This document shows, one piece after another, positions 26,844 to 36,690 of a stretch of DNA of 52,943 bases. A program made the position numbers and the translations under genes. Below the pieces are notes generated by a model. That model had not been told where the DNA came from, ran no database searches, and worked only from the letters and a program-made list of their open reading frames with translations. The stretch lies in assembly GCA_022567655.1 (NCBI GenBank), contig JADFGO010000002.1:1-52943 (forward strand). The letters run 5' to 3'. The stretch is from Fidelibacterota bacterium. Lineage in GTDB: Bacteria; Fidelibacterota; SORT01. Numbering within the stretch: position 1 is the stretch's first letter; the number at the start of each line of letters is the position of its first letter.

Positions 26844-27458
26844 TTACTCTGAGCTCTTCTTTTTCGGTTTCATGAGTTCGCCGAACTCATAACCGAGCGC
26901 GCCGGATGTCGCTATCACGGTTCTGCCCATATCGACGAGCGGATCGGGGAATTCATCCCAAACGGCATCCGAATCATAAAGGAAGAACATATCCCACGCT
27001 ACGCTGCTGGTGACGTCGGGTGCGATGTTTTTCTTGAAGAACGTTCCGCTTAACCGCGTCGGGTCCCAATAATGCAGGACGCGCGAGTCGGGAAGAAGCG
27101 CTACAGCGTCGGGTACGGCGAGTTTCGAATCACCGCGGATAACAGGCATCCAGACGACGTAGAGCTGAAAGTCCGCATCGGGATATTTTGTCAGTATATT
27201 TTTCTGCACCCACCTGGCGCCGCGGATACAAACCGATCAGGTAGGAGACATTAACAGGAAGAGCCTTACCTTTCCCCCGTCCTTGTTGAAAAGCTCCTTG
27301 AGAGTGTCAATGCCTTGAAGTTCTTTGAAGCGGGCGTTACGGTATTGATTATTAGCGGGATCTGCCGCTATCTGACTGCCGGGGATTATGAAAAGGACAA
27401 GAAAAAGGAATATGCGTATTCTATTTAAGTAGTTTGTTCTCAACGGCCCTCCAATCAA
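26844..27458 (-). CDS. Candidate selenoprotein: secreted thioredoxin-fold protein with U-x-x-C motif (in-frame TGA at 27237-27239)
   Basis: ORFs 27237..27458 and 26844..27209 share a frame and are separated only by TGA plus 9 sense codons. The read-through product is ..VRLFLLMSPT-U-SVCIRGARWVQKN..FQLYVVWMP.., the beta1-CxxC-alpha1-beta2 layout of thioredoxin folds. An N-terminal signal anchor is present only in the upstream part. Confidence 0.65.
27205..27230 (-). promoter_or_regulatory. SECIS-like hairpin 6 nt downstream of the in-frame UGA
   Basis: The minus-strand RNA is UGUAUCCGC-GGCGCCAG-GUGGGUGCA. It forms a 9-bp stem (3 G.U) with an 8-nt loop starting GG, about 16 nt after the UGA. 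Confidence 0.5.
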
Positions 27459-27542
27459 TTTAGATGTAAATCAGTGAACTATTTCGTGTGAACTTATCGG
27501 TGAGGAATATACAAATCAAGTGAAAATCTCGGGAATAACAGC

Positions 27543-27571
27543 TTGCAATAGTAGGATAGCCGTTATATATT
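27543..27571 (+). promoter_or_regulatory. Putative sigma70 promoter of the Rrf2 operon
   Basis: TTGCAA-17 nt-TATATT. Confidence 0.5.
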
Positions 27572-27575
27572 TCAA

Positions 27576-27594
27576 TCGGACAAAGATTGTCCGA
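27576..27594. promoter_or_regulatory. Palindromic operator candidate (8-3-8)
   Basis: TCGGACAA-aga-TTGTCCGA lies immediately downstream of the -10 and upstream of the Rrf2 regulator gene, so an autoregulatory site is plausible. Confidence 0.45.
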
Positions 27595-27616
27595 ATTAAA
27601 ATGGCGGATAAAAAAG

Positions 27617-28048
27617 ATGGAATTTACCTCAAAAAGCGAGCATGCGATACACGGTGTATATTACCTTTCCAACAAACCGGAGAACATGGTAGTCTACGTT
27701 AGTGAAATTGCAAGAGAGCAAAACGTCTCGGAGAGTTATCTCGCGAAAATATTTCAGGCTCTTTCAAAGGCCGGATTAGTAAGTTCTTACCGCGGATCGA
27801 AAGGCGGCTATACTCTTTCGAAACGACCGGAAGATATAAACCTGAAAGAGATTGTCGGAGCGGTGGAGAGTACCAACCCAATATTCAACTGTAGTGGAGT
27901 TAAGTCAAACTGTTCGATAAACATCCAATGTATGATTCTGGAGACTTTTCAGGCTGCGGAAGATAAGATGTTCGAGGTGTTGGAAAGCGTCACCATGAAA
28001 GGTATCGCCGATCAGCTTGCGGGTCAGCCGATTTATATCGAAAACTAA
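27617..28048 (+). CDS. Rrf2-family transcriptional regulator (IscR-like, three-Cys cluster motif)
   Basis: It has an N-terminal wHTH (SEHAIHGVYYLS..VSEIAREQNVSESYLAKIFQAL) and NCSGVKSNCSINIQC. The ATG at 27617 is preferred over the TTG at 27587. Confidence 0.85.
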   Translation: MEFTSKSEHAIHGVYYLSNKPENMVVYVSEIAREQNVSESYLAKIFQALSKAGLVSSYRGSKGGYTLSKRPEDINLKEIVGAVESTNPIFNCSGVKSNCSINIQCMILETFQAAEDKMFEVLESVTMKGIADQLAGQPIYIEN

Positions 28049-28080
28049 TATTAAACCAACAATGATGAAGACAGGAGCAA

Positions 28081-29160
28081 ATGAATAAAGAACAGGCAAT
28101 GAAGATATTAAGGGGGATTAAGTATCCCGGTTTCAGTCGTGATATAGTATCCTTCGGGATTTTAAAAGACGTAGAGATAGACGGCAAGAAGGCTGTTGTA
28201 TCAGTGAACATCAGCACAAGTGACGAAAAGAAGAAAGAGGATATCACAAGCTCGATAACGGAAGGTCTTAAATCGACCGGTGAAATCGAGGAAGTCCAAT
28301 TTGAAGAAGCGGAACCGCTTAAACGTCAGAAAGATCCACAGCCGCAAAATCAATGGGCAAGTCAGGCACTGATAGAGGGCGTAAAACATACTGTCGCGGT
28401 GGCGAGCGGCAAGGGTGGAGTGGGTAAATCAACGGTGGCGGCTAATCTTGCGGTGTCTCTTTCAAAACTCGGACACAGCGTAGGTCTTCTTGACTGCGAC
28501 ATTTACGGACCGAGTGTGCCGACGATAATGGGCGTCAGCGAAAAACCCGGAATCGGCGAAGGGAGAAAAATCATCCCGTTAGAAAAACACGGAATCAAAC
28601 TAATGTCTCTCGGGTTACTGCTTGACGATGAATCACCTGTCATCTGGCGTGGACCGATAGTAGCCAAGCTCATAACTCAGTTTATTGACGATATAACATG
28701 GGGAGAATTGGATTATCTGATCTTGGACCTTCCTCCCGGTACAGGCGACGTGCAGCTCACGCTCGCTCAGAAAGTAAAGTTGACGGGAGCGGTTATAGTC
28801 ACAACGCCGCAGGACCTTGCCCTGTTAGATGCGGACAAGGGAGCCGCGATGTTCCGACAGGTCAACGCGCCCGTTCTCGGTATCGTCGAGAACATGAGCA
28901 TGTTCCACTGTCCCCACTGTGATGGAGAGACGGATATCTTCGGCAGCGGAGGCGGCGAGAGGGAAGCGCTGAAACTTCAGGTGCCTTTCCTCGGGAAAAT
29001 TCCAATCGAGTCGTCCATAAGAATAAGCGGAGATGAGGGAACTCCAGTATCATTAAGCGAGCCGGACTCAATCTCCTCGAAAGCATTTCTTGAGATAGCG
29101 GAAAGAGTCGAAGCGGCAGTAGGCGTGAGGGAAGAATCAAGGGTATTGGAAACAGCATAA
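28081..29160 (+). CDS. apbC: Mrp/ApbC/NBP35-family Fe-S cluster carrier ATPase with N-terminal DUF59
   Basis: 359 aa with the deviant Walker A VASGKGGVGKSTVAANLA and CPHCDGE. Confidence 0.9.
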   Translation: MNKEQAMKILRGIKYPGFSRDIVSFGILKDVEIDGKKAVVSVNISTSDEKKKEDITSSITEGLKSTGEIEEVQFEEAEPLKRQKDPQPQNQWASQALIEGVKHTVAVASGKGGVGKSTVAANLAVSLSKLGHSVGLLDCDIYGPSVPTIMGVSEKPGIGEGRKIIPLEKHGIKLMSLGLLLDDESPVIWRGPIVAKLITQFIDDITWGELDYLILDLPPGTGDVQLTLAQKVKLTGAVIVTTPQDLALLDADKGAAMFRQVNAPVLGIVENMSMFHCPHCDGETDIFGSGGGEREALKLQVPFLGKIPIESSIRISGDEGTPVSLSEPDSISSKAFLEIAERVEAAVGVREESRVLETA

Positions 29161-29181
29161 AATTAATTTCTGGAGATAAAT

Positions 29182-29478
29182 ATGGTAAATGAAAGTGAAG
29201 TACTTGAGGCGCTGAAAGATTGTTTCGATCCGGAGATCCCGGTGAACATAGTCGATCTCGGACTGATTTATGACGTAGACATAGTAGATAAATCAGTGAA
29301 AATAACTATGACGCTTACAGCACAAGGCTGCACGATGAGCGGACAGATCTCAGCTGATGTTACCGGAAGACTGAGAGCCCTGGACGGAATTGAGCAGGCT
29401 GATGTGGACATCGTTTGGGACCCGGCGTGGAATCCCACAATGATGAGCGATGCCGCCAAGGAGAAAATGGGATTCTAA
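29182..29478 (+). CDS. DUF59 (SufT/PaaD-like) Fe-S assembly protein
   Basis: 98 aa with DPEIPVNIVDLGLIYDV and TAQGCTMSG. Confidence 0.85.
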   Translation: MVNESEVLEALKDCFDPEIPVNIVDLGLIYDVDIVDKSVKITMTLTAQGCTMSGQISADVTGRLRALDGIEQADVDIVWDPAWNPTMMSDAAKEKMGF

Positions 29479-29504
29479 AAGCCTCTCGAGAATGAATTAA
29501 TCAA

Positions 29505-29540
29505 CCCCGACATCAGCCGGAGCTGATGTCGGGGTTTTTT
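29505..29540 (+). terminator. Rho-independent terminator
   Basis: CCCCGACATCAGC-cgga-GCTGATGTCGGGG followed by TTTTTT. Confidence 0.9.
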
Positions 29541-29588
29541 AATCTTATTCGCTTTGAAATTTTACCCTGTTTTTGTTACATTCCGATT

Positions 29589-29843
29589 ATGAATATTATT
29601 CCGGACAAAGAATTGGATACAATAGGTTATCTGTGTCCTTACCCTATCATTGAAACCAACAAATTTATCAAAACTATCGAAGTCGGAGAAATCCTGTCAA
29701 TATCATCCGATGACGGGGCGATCATTCTGGATATGCCCGCATGGTGCAACAGCAACGGTCATGAGTATCTCGGCGAGGAGAAATTAGAAAATATAAGCGG
29801 TTACATCGTTTACGTGCAAAAAGGGGAGCGTAAGCGGGAATGA
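29589..29843 (+). CDS. TusA/SirA-family sulfurtransferase-like protein
   Basis: 84 aa with a CPxP motif (GYLCPYPIIET). The ORF-track start at 29526 lies inside the upstream terminator, so the ATG at 29589 is used. Confidence 0.75.
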   Translation: MNIIPDKELDTIGYLCPYPIIETNKFIKTIEVGEILSISSDDGAIILDMPAWCNSNGHEYLGEEKLENISGYIVYVQKGERKRE

Positions 29844-29883
29844 TTATAAAGTAAATATCAAACTTGTTCCCTACTTAAGGTAG

Positions 29884-29912
29884 TTGACATTAGAATCTAT
29901 GGTAAGTATCAT
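29884..29912 (+). promoter_or_regulatory. Putative sigma70 promoter of the uppS-bamA-lpx cluster
   Basis: TTGACA-17 nt-TATCAT. Confidence 0.55.
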
Positions 29913-29947
29913 ATTAGGCTAAAGTTAAACCGGATAATCAGCCATAA

Positions 29948-30742
29948 ATGAAGGAACCTGAAGCAGAAGACAAACTGGTGCAAGAGGAAATTCGGGCATC
30001 GGGAAAATTACCGAATCACATTGCAATAATTATGGATGGCAACGGCAGGTGGGCAAAATCGAGAGGATTGCCGAGGGTTGCCGGTCATGGCGAAGGTATC
30101 AAGTCGGTAAAGGATATAGTTGAAGCCTGCGGACAATTGGGAATCGAAAATCTTACTCTCTACACTTTTTCCGTTGAGAACTGGAGTCGTCCTAAAAGAG
30201 AGGTTTCCGCGCTGATGAAACTTCTTTTGAGAACTATTCGTCGTGAACTAAAAGAGTTAATGAAAAATAATGTTGTGATATCCACTATCGGAAACCTTGA
30301 CGACCTTCCGGCCGATGCGGCAAAGGAAATGAGGCATGCCATGGAGAATACGGCAAAAAACACCGGTCTAAGGCTGCACCTCGCGCTCTCTTATGGTTCA
30401 CGCAAAGAGATAATAAATGCTGTCAAGAATATCATTATCGCCGTTGAGTCGGGGGAATTGAAATTAGAAGATATAGACGAAGCAGTCTTTTCGGATTATC
30501 TGTACACAAAGGATATCCCGGACCCTGATTTGTTGATAAGGACGAGCGGAGAGGCGCGGATCAGCAACTTTCTATTGTGGCAGGTAGCCTATACGGAGAT
30601 TTACATTACTGAAACTCTCTGGCCCAGATTCCGTAGAGAACAGTTGTACGAGGCAATAAGGGATTATCAAAGCCGTGAAAGAAGATTCGGGTTAGTAAGC
30701 GAACAGGTAGGAAAACAAAAAGAAGCTGCGACAACCTCTTGA
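29948..30742 (+). CDS. uppS: Undecaprenyl-diphosphate synthase
   Basis: HIAIIMDGNGRWA, ENWSRP and IRTSGE.RISNFLLWQ.AY.E. Confidence 0.96.
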   Translation: MKEPEAEDKLVQEEIRASGKLPNHIAIIMDGNGRWAKSRGLPRVAGHGEGIKSVKDIVEACGQLGIENLTLYTFSVENWSRPKREVSALMKLLLRTIRRELKELMKNNVVISTIGNLDDLPADAAKEMRHAMENTAKNTGLRLHLALSYGSRKEIINAVKNIIIAVESGELKLEDIDEAVFSDYLYTKDIPDPDLLIRTSGEARISNFLLWQVAYTEIYITETLWPRFRREQLYEAIRDYQSRERRFGLVSEQVGKQKEAATTS

Positions 30743-30794
30743 CGTTAAAAATATGAATTTTAATGAGAATTTAATTGCGTAGTCATCAATAGAT

Positions 30795-33161
30795 ATGAAA
30801 AGAGTCTTTTACAAATTGTCCGCTATCAAGATATTGTTGATCGTTTTATCGACCTATTCGGCGGGAATCGCACAGGAAAAGATTCAGATATTCAGTGTTG
30901 ACGTCGAAGGAAATAAGAGCGCCTCATCGAATGTCATTATAAGAAATTCCGGGCTTTCACCGGGTAAGTCGATATCAGGTGATGACATCCGGGATGCCAT
31001 CAGCAAGTTGTGGGCTATGAAGATATTTTCGGACGTTCAGATTCTGGCAGAAAAACAGGTTGAAGAAGGAATCTATCTGTTAATCAAGGTCGAAGAATAT
31101 TTAAAAATTGATAAATACGAGCTTAAAGGCAACAAAGAGATAAAGGACGACAAATTAGAGGAGGTCGTTACGTTTTTCCGGGGTCAGCGAATCACCCCTC
31201 ATATGGAAATGCGCACTATCCGGGCGATAAAAGATCTCTATAAGGAAAAAGGGTTCCTCCTTGCGGAAATCAGCACCGAACGTATTCCCTCGGAAAAGGA
31301 AGATTACATAATTCTGAGATTTAACATCAAGGAAGGGTCAAAGGTCAAAATACGGGGTGTCCGTGTAAGCGGAGTAGAAAATTTCTCGGAAGGCAAGATA
31401 AAGAAACAGATGAAGAAGACCAAAGAAAAAGGGAAATTAAGATTCTGGCGAAAGGGGAATTTTGATAAAGACGAATATGAAGAGGATAAAAAGAACATAG
31501 TTCAGTTCTACCAGGATAACGGATACCGGGATGCGGAGATCGTAAGGGACTCGCTTTATTATAACGATAGTTTAGAGAAGCTCTTCATAGACATAACTGT
31601 CAAAGAGGGAATGCACTATAAGTTAGGGAAACTGACGTTCGAGGGTAATCAGCTCTTCAACGACGAAGAGCTGTCCCGCGTTCTCGGGCTGACCGAAGGT
31701 GATGACTACAGCGAAAAAGAGCTCGATTTAGCCGTGTACGAAAACCTCACCGGCATATATATGGACAGGGGTTATATATATGTGAACATCCAGCCGGTAC
31801 AAATCCCTTCGGCAGAGGATAGAGTGGATATTGAGTTCAGCATACAGGAAAACCAAAAAGTATTTGTTCGGAACGTCAACATTTACGGGAATACGAAGAC
31901 AAAGGAAAAAGTCATCCGGAGAGAAATGAAGATATTCCCGGGCGAAGTATTCAGCAGGACTAAACTTATTCGAAGCCAGCGGGAAGTATGGATACTTAAT
32001 TACTTCGCCAATGTAATTCCTAATATCCGGCCTGTGGACGATGATGAGATCGATATCGAAATCTCTGTTGAGGAGAAACAGACTGACAGGGCGAATGCCT
32101 CTGCGGGATTTTCTCAGCGTGACGGGGCGATAGGTTCAATCGGAGTCGATTTCAATAACTTCATCGGAAACGGTCAGGTGCTTTCTTTTAACTGGCAGTT
32201 CGGCAGAGTATACCGGGCGTTATCGATTGGATTTACCGAACCTTGGTTATTTGACACCCCGACGCTTGCGGGTTTTCGGGTTTTCTCGACAAAGAGGAGG
32301 GGAGTCTTTTTTCCCCTCGATCAAAAGGAAATTGGCGGCTCTATAAGTTTAGGCAGGCGGTTTAAATGGCCTGACGATTACTTCAGGGGAAACGCTTCAC
32401 TGCGAATTGCCGAACGGCAATTTGATAACATAAGCGACCGCAGTATTCTTGAAAGGCTGATAACAAAGGTTGAAGCCGACAAAATTCCTGATAATGAGAT
32501 CGGTGACAAGGTCATCAAAACACACCAGAGAAGCATTACGACGGCGATATCAAGGGACAGCAGGGACAGACCGGAATTTCCAACTCAGGGTTCGGTGTTC
32601 ACCCTTGTCTCACAAATATCCGGCGGTCCTCTCGGCGGAAACGAAGATTTCTACAAGAACACCATAACAGTCGATTGGTACACACCGGTGTTCTGGAAGT
32701 TTGTCCTGTTCAGCAAATATAAATACGGAGCGATAGGGACGTTCAAGAAAAACGCATTTATTCCCTGGGACGAATATTTTTTCATGGGAGGAAGCGGGTT
32801 GACTATCGGCGAGCCTCTTCGCGGCTATGACGACAGGACGGTAGGTCCGCCGAGTCCGACACAGAGTAATTTTGCGCTGGGAGCCCGTGTTCTTGCAAAA
32901 TTTTCAATCGAGCTAAGATTTCCGATTGCCCCGAACCCCACTATATTCGGACTGTTCTTCTATGAAGGAGGTAATACGTGGCTCGATATGAAATCGACTG
33001 ACGTATTCGATCTCAGAAAATCCGCCGGATTTGGGCTAAGGATGTTTATGCCGCTCGTCGGTCTAATCGGTTTCGACATGGGATACGGATTCGACGATTT
33101 GACTACTCCCGGCGAAAGAGAGGGTTGGAAGGTTCACTTCCAGTTCGGAAGACAATTTTAA
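30795..33161 (+). CDS. bamA: Outer-membrane protein assembly factor BamA
   Basis: 788 aa with a signal peptide, POTRA repeats and an Omp85 barrel ending FQFGRQF. Confidence 0.95.
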   Translation: MKRVFYKLSAIKILLIVLSTYSAGIAQEKIQIFSVDVEGNKSASSNVIIRNSGLSPGKSISGDDIRDAISKLWAMKIFSDVQILAEKQVEEGIYLLIKVEEYLKIDKYELKGNKEIKDDKLEEVVTFFRGQRITPHMEMRTIRAIKDLYKEKGFLLAEISTERIPSEKEDYIILRFNIKEGSKVKIRGVRVSGVENFSEGKIKKQMKKTKEKGKLRFWRKGNFDKDEYEEDKKNIVQFYQDNGYRDAEIVRDSLYYNDSLEKLFIDITVKEGMHYKLGKLTFEGNQLFNDEELSRVLGLTEGDDYSEKELDLAVYENLTGIYMDRGYIYVNIQPVQIPSAEDRVDIEFSIQENQKVFVRNVNIYGNTKTKEKVIRREMKIFPGEVFSRTKLIRSQREVWILNYFANVIPNIRPVDDDEIDIEISVEEKQTDRANASAGFSQRDGAIGSIGVDFNNFIGNGQVLSFNWQFGRVYRALSIGFTEPWLFDTPTLAGFRVFSTKRRGVFFPLDQKEIGGSISLGRRFKWPDDYFRGNASLRIAERQFDNISDRSILERLITKVEADKIPDNEIGDKVIKTHQRSITTAISRDSRDRPEFPTQGSVFTLVSQISGGPLGGNEDFYKNTITVDWYTPVFWKFVLFSKYKYGAIGTFKKNAFIPWDEYFFMGGSGLTIGEPLRGYDDRTVGPPSPTQSNFALGARVLAKFSIELRFPIAPNPTIFGLFFYEGGNTWLDMKSTDVFDLRKSAGFGLRMFMPLVGLIGFDMGYGFDDLTTPGEREGWKVHFQFGRQF

Positions 33162-33188
33162 TAAATTATAATTCAGGGAGAGATCATA

Positions 33189-33698
33189 TTGAATAAATCA
33201 ATTATTGCCGCGCTTTTGATGTTTCTTGCTGCCGACGTTTCATATGCTCAGAAAGTCAAGGTAGGTTACGTGGATAAAATTAAGGTGCTGACCGAACTGG
33301 AAAGCTGGCAGGAAGTCGATAGACAACTTCTGATAATGAAAGAGGATGCCGAGTTCGAACTGCAGATAATGCTTAGAGAAGCTGACAGTCTCGGCAGTGT
33401 CCTGCAAAATCAAATGATGCTCACAGAAACGATGCGGGGTCAGCTTCAAGGGAGAATCGAACAGTTATCACGGGATTATCAGAGAATCGGCATGGCACGG
33501 CAGCAAGAGCTTATGCAGAAAGAAAACGATCTTAAAGGTCCGATAATTAAGGGGTTTAACGATGCCGTCAGGAAGCTCGGCATCGATGAAGAATATACAT
33601 TTATTTACGATCTGTCCATAAACAGCATTCTTTTTGCTTCAGGCGGAAGAGATCTCACCGAGCAGGTATTGTTCGAGATGAGAAAAATGTTTAAATAG
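33189..33698 (+). CDS. skp: OmpH/Skp-family periplasmic chaperone (copy 1)
   Basis: 169 aa with a signal peptide, coiled-coil-rich, directly downstream of bamA. Confidence 0.85.
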   Translation: MNKSIIAALLMFLAADVSYAQKVKVGYVDKIKVLTELESWQEVDRQLLIMKEDAEFELQIMLREADSLGSVLQNQMMLTETMRGQLQGRIEQLSRDYQRIGMARQQELMQKENDLKGPIIKGFNDAVRKLGIDEEYTFIYDLSINSILFASGGRDLTEQVLFEMRKMFK

Positions 33699-33708
33699 GA
33701 TACAGCCG

Positions 33709-34254
33709 ATGAAGATAAAATATTATCCTGTACATTTATTAATTGGATTTCTTATTCTATCCAATTCCGCCGCCGCGCAGACCCAAATGGGTTATATCGA
33801 CAGTGAACAGATCTTCGAACAATTCGAAGAATTCAAATTCGCCAAACAAAAATTCGAACAGGAAGCCGCCGAAGCGGAAAAATCGCTGCAAAATCTGTGG
33901 GCGCAACTGGATTCCCTGCAAAACGAACGGGAAAAAGGCAGGTTCATATGGAGCGCCTCCAGGCTGAAAGAAAAAGATCAGGAGATAGCCGATAAGCAGA
34001 GTGAAATAAGGGTTACGACTAAAAATACTTTTGGTCCGGGCGGGAAAATCTACCAGTCTCAGCGTCAGCTGACACAGAAGGCAATGGACGATATAATTAT
34101 AGCGCTGACGGAGATCGCAGAGGAAGAAGGATACGAAATGGTATTCGACGCCGCCCGCGGGATAATTCCTTACAAGGAAAGTGAGCATGACCTTACCGAT
34201 AGAGTGCTTGAGAGGCTGAGGACCGGAATTGAGAAGTCCGGCGGGAAGAGATAA
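33709..34254 (+). CDS. skp: OmpH/Skp-family periplasmic chaperone (copy 2)
   Basis: 181 aa with a signal peptide, coiled-coil-rich. Confidence 0.85.
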   Translation: MKIKYYPVHLLIGFLILSNSAAAQTQMGYIDSEQIFEQFEEFKFAKQKFEQEAAEAEKSLQNLWAQLDSLQNEREKGRFIWSASRLKEKDQEIADKQSEIRVTTKNTFGPGGKIYQSQRQLTQKAMDDIIIALTEIAEEEGYEMVFDAARGIIPYKESEHDLTDRVLERLRTGIEKSGGKR

Positions 34255-34256
34255 AC

Positions 34257-35279
34257 ATGTCTGTTCTCCTGTCGGATATTTGTGAGCTGCTTGAAGGGGA
34301 GTTAATCGGCGACGGTTCTGTTAAGATCGACGGGATCGCTGAAGTAGAAAAAGCGGGCATCGGAGAGATAACCTTTGTTGCCAATAAGAGATACGCTGAT
34401 TATCTGAACGATTCCAAAGCTTCTGCGGTTATAATCGCGAAGGATATGGACACTCCGACGATCCCGGCAATCCGCGTGAAAGATACTCAGATTGCTAAAG
34501 CAAAAACCCTGAGTTTTTTTCATCCTCGCAAGCAGTATCCGCCCGAAATCGACAAATCGGCGATTATAGGTGAAAAATCGGTAATCGGAGAAAAAAGCTA
34601 CGTAGGAGCCGGGAGTGTTATCAAAGACGGAGCGGTTCTCGGAATAAAATGCAGCATCATGGAAAACGTTTTTATTGACGGAGAGGTGATAATCGGAGAT
34701 GAATGCATTATAAACCCCGGAGCCATGATAATCTCTAAAACAACTATAGGAAACAGGGTGGAGATCGGCAGCTGTTCGGTCATCGGCGGAGAGGGATTCG
34801 GGTACCTGCCGGATAAAGAGGGAATACTTAAGGTTCCTCAGGTTGGTTCGGTGGTAATCGAAGACGACGTTTCAATAGGCAGTAATTGCTGCATCGACAG
34901 GGGAACTATGGGGGAAACGATAATTCGAAAAGGAGCGAAGCTCGATAACCTGATTCAGATTGCACATAATGTTGAAGTGGGAGAAAATACCATAATAGCC
35001 GCACAGACAGGTGTTTCCGGCAGTACCAAGATCGGCAGCGGCGTGCTTATGGGAGGACAGGCGGGATTAGCAGGGCATATTACCGTCGGCAACGGCGTGA
35101 AAATAGGAGGGCGGGCGGGAGTTACAAAATCCTTTCCCGACGGCGTGGTTATCTCCGGTTTTCCTGCCCGCGTTCACAAAGAAAGTCTTCTTAAAGATGC
35201 AAGCATAAGTAATATTCCCAAAATGGCGGATAAAATAAAGATATTGGAAAAAGAAGTTAAAGAACTTAAAAAGAGGTAG
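34257..35279 (+). CDS. lpxD: UDP-3-O-acylglucosamine N-acyltransferase
   Basis: 340 aa with left-handed beta-helix hexapeptide repeats, in the position between skp and lpxC/fabZ. Confidence 0.93.
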   Translation: MSVLLSDICELLEGELIGDGSVKIDGIAEVEKAGIGEITFVANKRYADYLNDSKASAVIIAKDMDTPTIPAIRVKDTQIAKAKTLSFFHPRKQYPPEIDKSAIIGEKSVIGEKSYVGAGSVIKDGAVLGIKCSIMENVFIDGEVIIGDECIINPGAMIISKTTIGNRVEIGSCSVIGGEGFGYLPDKEGILKVPQVGSVVIEDDVSIGSNCCIDRGTMGETIIRKGAKLDNLIQIAHNVEVGENTIIAAQTGVSGSTKIGSGVLMGGQAGLAGHITVGNGVKIGGRAGVTKSFPDGVVISGFPARVHKESLLKDASISNIPKMADKIKILEKEVKELKKR

Positions 35280-35286
35280 AGCGGGA

Positions 35287-36690
35287 ATGACTGAGAATCA
35301 ACGAACGATTTCAAAACCGGTACATTTCTCCGGCATAGGACTCCATACAGGATTAAAAAGCAGAGTGACCTTCAGGCCTGCTCCGGTAAATCATGGGATC
35401 CGGTTTGTCCGCACGGATCTTGAAAACAGTCCTGAGATAATTCCTCACATTAAGAATGTGGTAGACCTCAACCGCGGGACAAGCATAGAACAAAACGGCG
35501 TACGTATTCATACTGTGGAACATGTTTTAGGGGCGCTTGCCGGACTTCAGATAGACAACGTTTACGTTGAATTAACAAATAAGGAGCCGCCTGTAGGCGA
35601 TGGCAGCGCCAAGCCTTTTGTAGATGTATTGCAGAAAGCCGGTTTCGTGGAGCAGGCAGAAGAGAGAAAATACCTCTCTATCAAGGAGACTATCACGGTG
35701 ACCCAGCCCGAACGAGGCGCCGAAATTGTGGTGTTGCCTTCAGACGAGTTCAGGATAACATTCCTGGTCGATTACGACAATCCTGCCATTGGGAAGAAGT
35801 ACACTTCGATGTACTCACTTGAAGATGAGTTTGTCAAAGAATTCGCGCCTGCACGGACATTTTGCTTCCTGCATGAAGTGGAAGAACTGCACGCCGCAGG
35901 ATTGATAAGGGGCGGGAATTTAGATAATGCAATAGTCGTCGTTGACCGGAAACTTAATAAAAAAGATATCGAGTCTCTTAAGAAGCTGTTGCATATTAAA
36001 GGTGCTGTCAGAGTGCCGAATTCAGGCATCCTGAACGGCAAGAAATTGCGATTTGAAAATGAACCTGTCCGGCATAAGACTCTCGACCTGATTGGAGACC
36101 TTGCGCTGCTCGGTATTCCGATTAAAGCTCACGTTCTCGCTGCACGCAGCGGGCATTCGGCTAACGTGGAGATCGTAAAGAAACTATATAAGTACTACAA
36201 AAAAGAACAACTCACGAGCAAATTTCAGGTGAGCAAAACTGCCGGTCAAGTTTTCGACATTCAGACTATTGAGAAGATTCTGCCTCACAGGTATCCCTTC
36301 CTTCTTGTGGATAAGATTCTCGACCTGACGCCGGGTGAGAAAATTCTCGCTATCAAGAATGTCACGAGGAACGAACCGTTTTTTAACGGTCATTTCCCCG
36401 GACATCCGATAATGCCGGGAGTGTTGATAGTTGAGGCAATGGCTCAGGCCGGAGGTATCCTGATGCTCAGCGCCTTTGGGGATCCTAAGGGTAAACTCGT
36501 ATATTTTACGGGAATTGATAAAGTAAAATTCAGAAAACCTGTCACACCGGGAGACCAGCTAAAACTTGAGCTCGAGGTGGTCAAGATATTCAAGTCCACG
36601 TGCAAGATGAAGGGGAAAGCTTACGTGGAGGATAAGGTTGTGGCTTCGGCGGAGATGACTGCTACGATAGTAGATGCAGAAGACAAATAA
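35287..36690 (+). CDS. lpxC-fabZ: Bifunctional UDP-3-O-acyl-GlcNAc deacetylase / 3-hydroxyacyl-ACP dehydratase
   Basis: 467 aa. The N-terminal half is LpxC ([14 protein letters not shown]) and the C-terminal half is FabZ ([26 protein letters not shown]). Confidence 0.95.
   Translation: MTENQRTISKPVHFSGIGLHTGLKSRVTFRPAPVNHGIRFVRTDLENSPEIIPHIKNVVDLNRGTSIEQNGVRIHTVEHVLGALAGLQIDNVYVELTNKEPPVGDGSAKPFVDVLQKAGFVEQAEERKYLSIKETITVTQPERGAEIVVLPSDEFRITFLVDYDNPAIGKKYTSMYSLEDEFVKEFAPARTFCFLHEVEELHAAGLIRGGNLDNAIVVVDRKLNKKDIESLKKLLHIKGAVRVPNSGILNGKKLRFENEPVRHKTLDLIGDLALLGIPIKAHVLAARSGHSANVEIVKKLYKYYKKEQLTSKFQVSKTAGQVFDIQTIEKILPHRYPFLLVDKILDLTPGEKILAIKNVTRNEPFFNGHFPGHPIMPGVLIVEAMAQAGGILMLSAFGDPKGKLVYFTGIDKVKFRKPVTPGDQLKLELEVVKIFKSTCKMKGKAYVEDKVVASAEMTATIVDAEDK

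Noticed and set aside
27237-27239. In-frame TGA explained by an alternative genetic code (TGA = Trp or Gly).
   Set aside because: TGA clearly terminates other genes in the window, for example the ATGA stop/start overlap at 23325-23328. All long ORFs are intact under code 11, so a site-specific recoding event (Sec) or a pseudogene are the only options.
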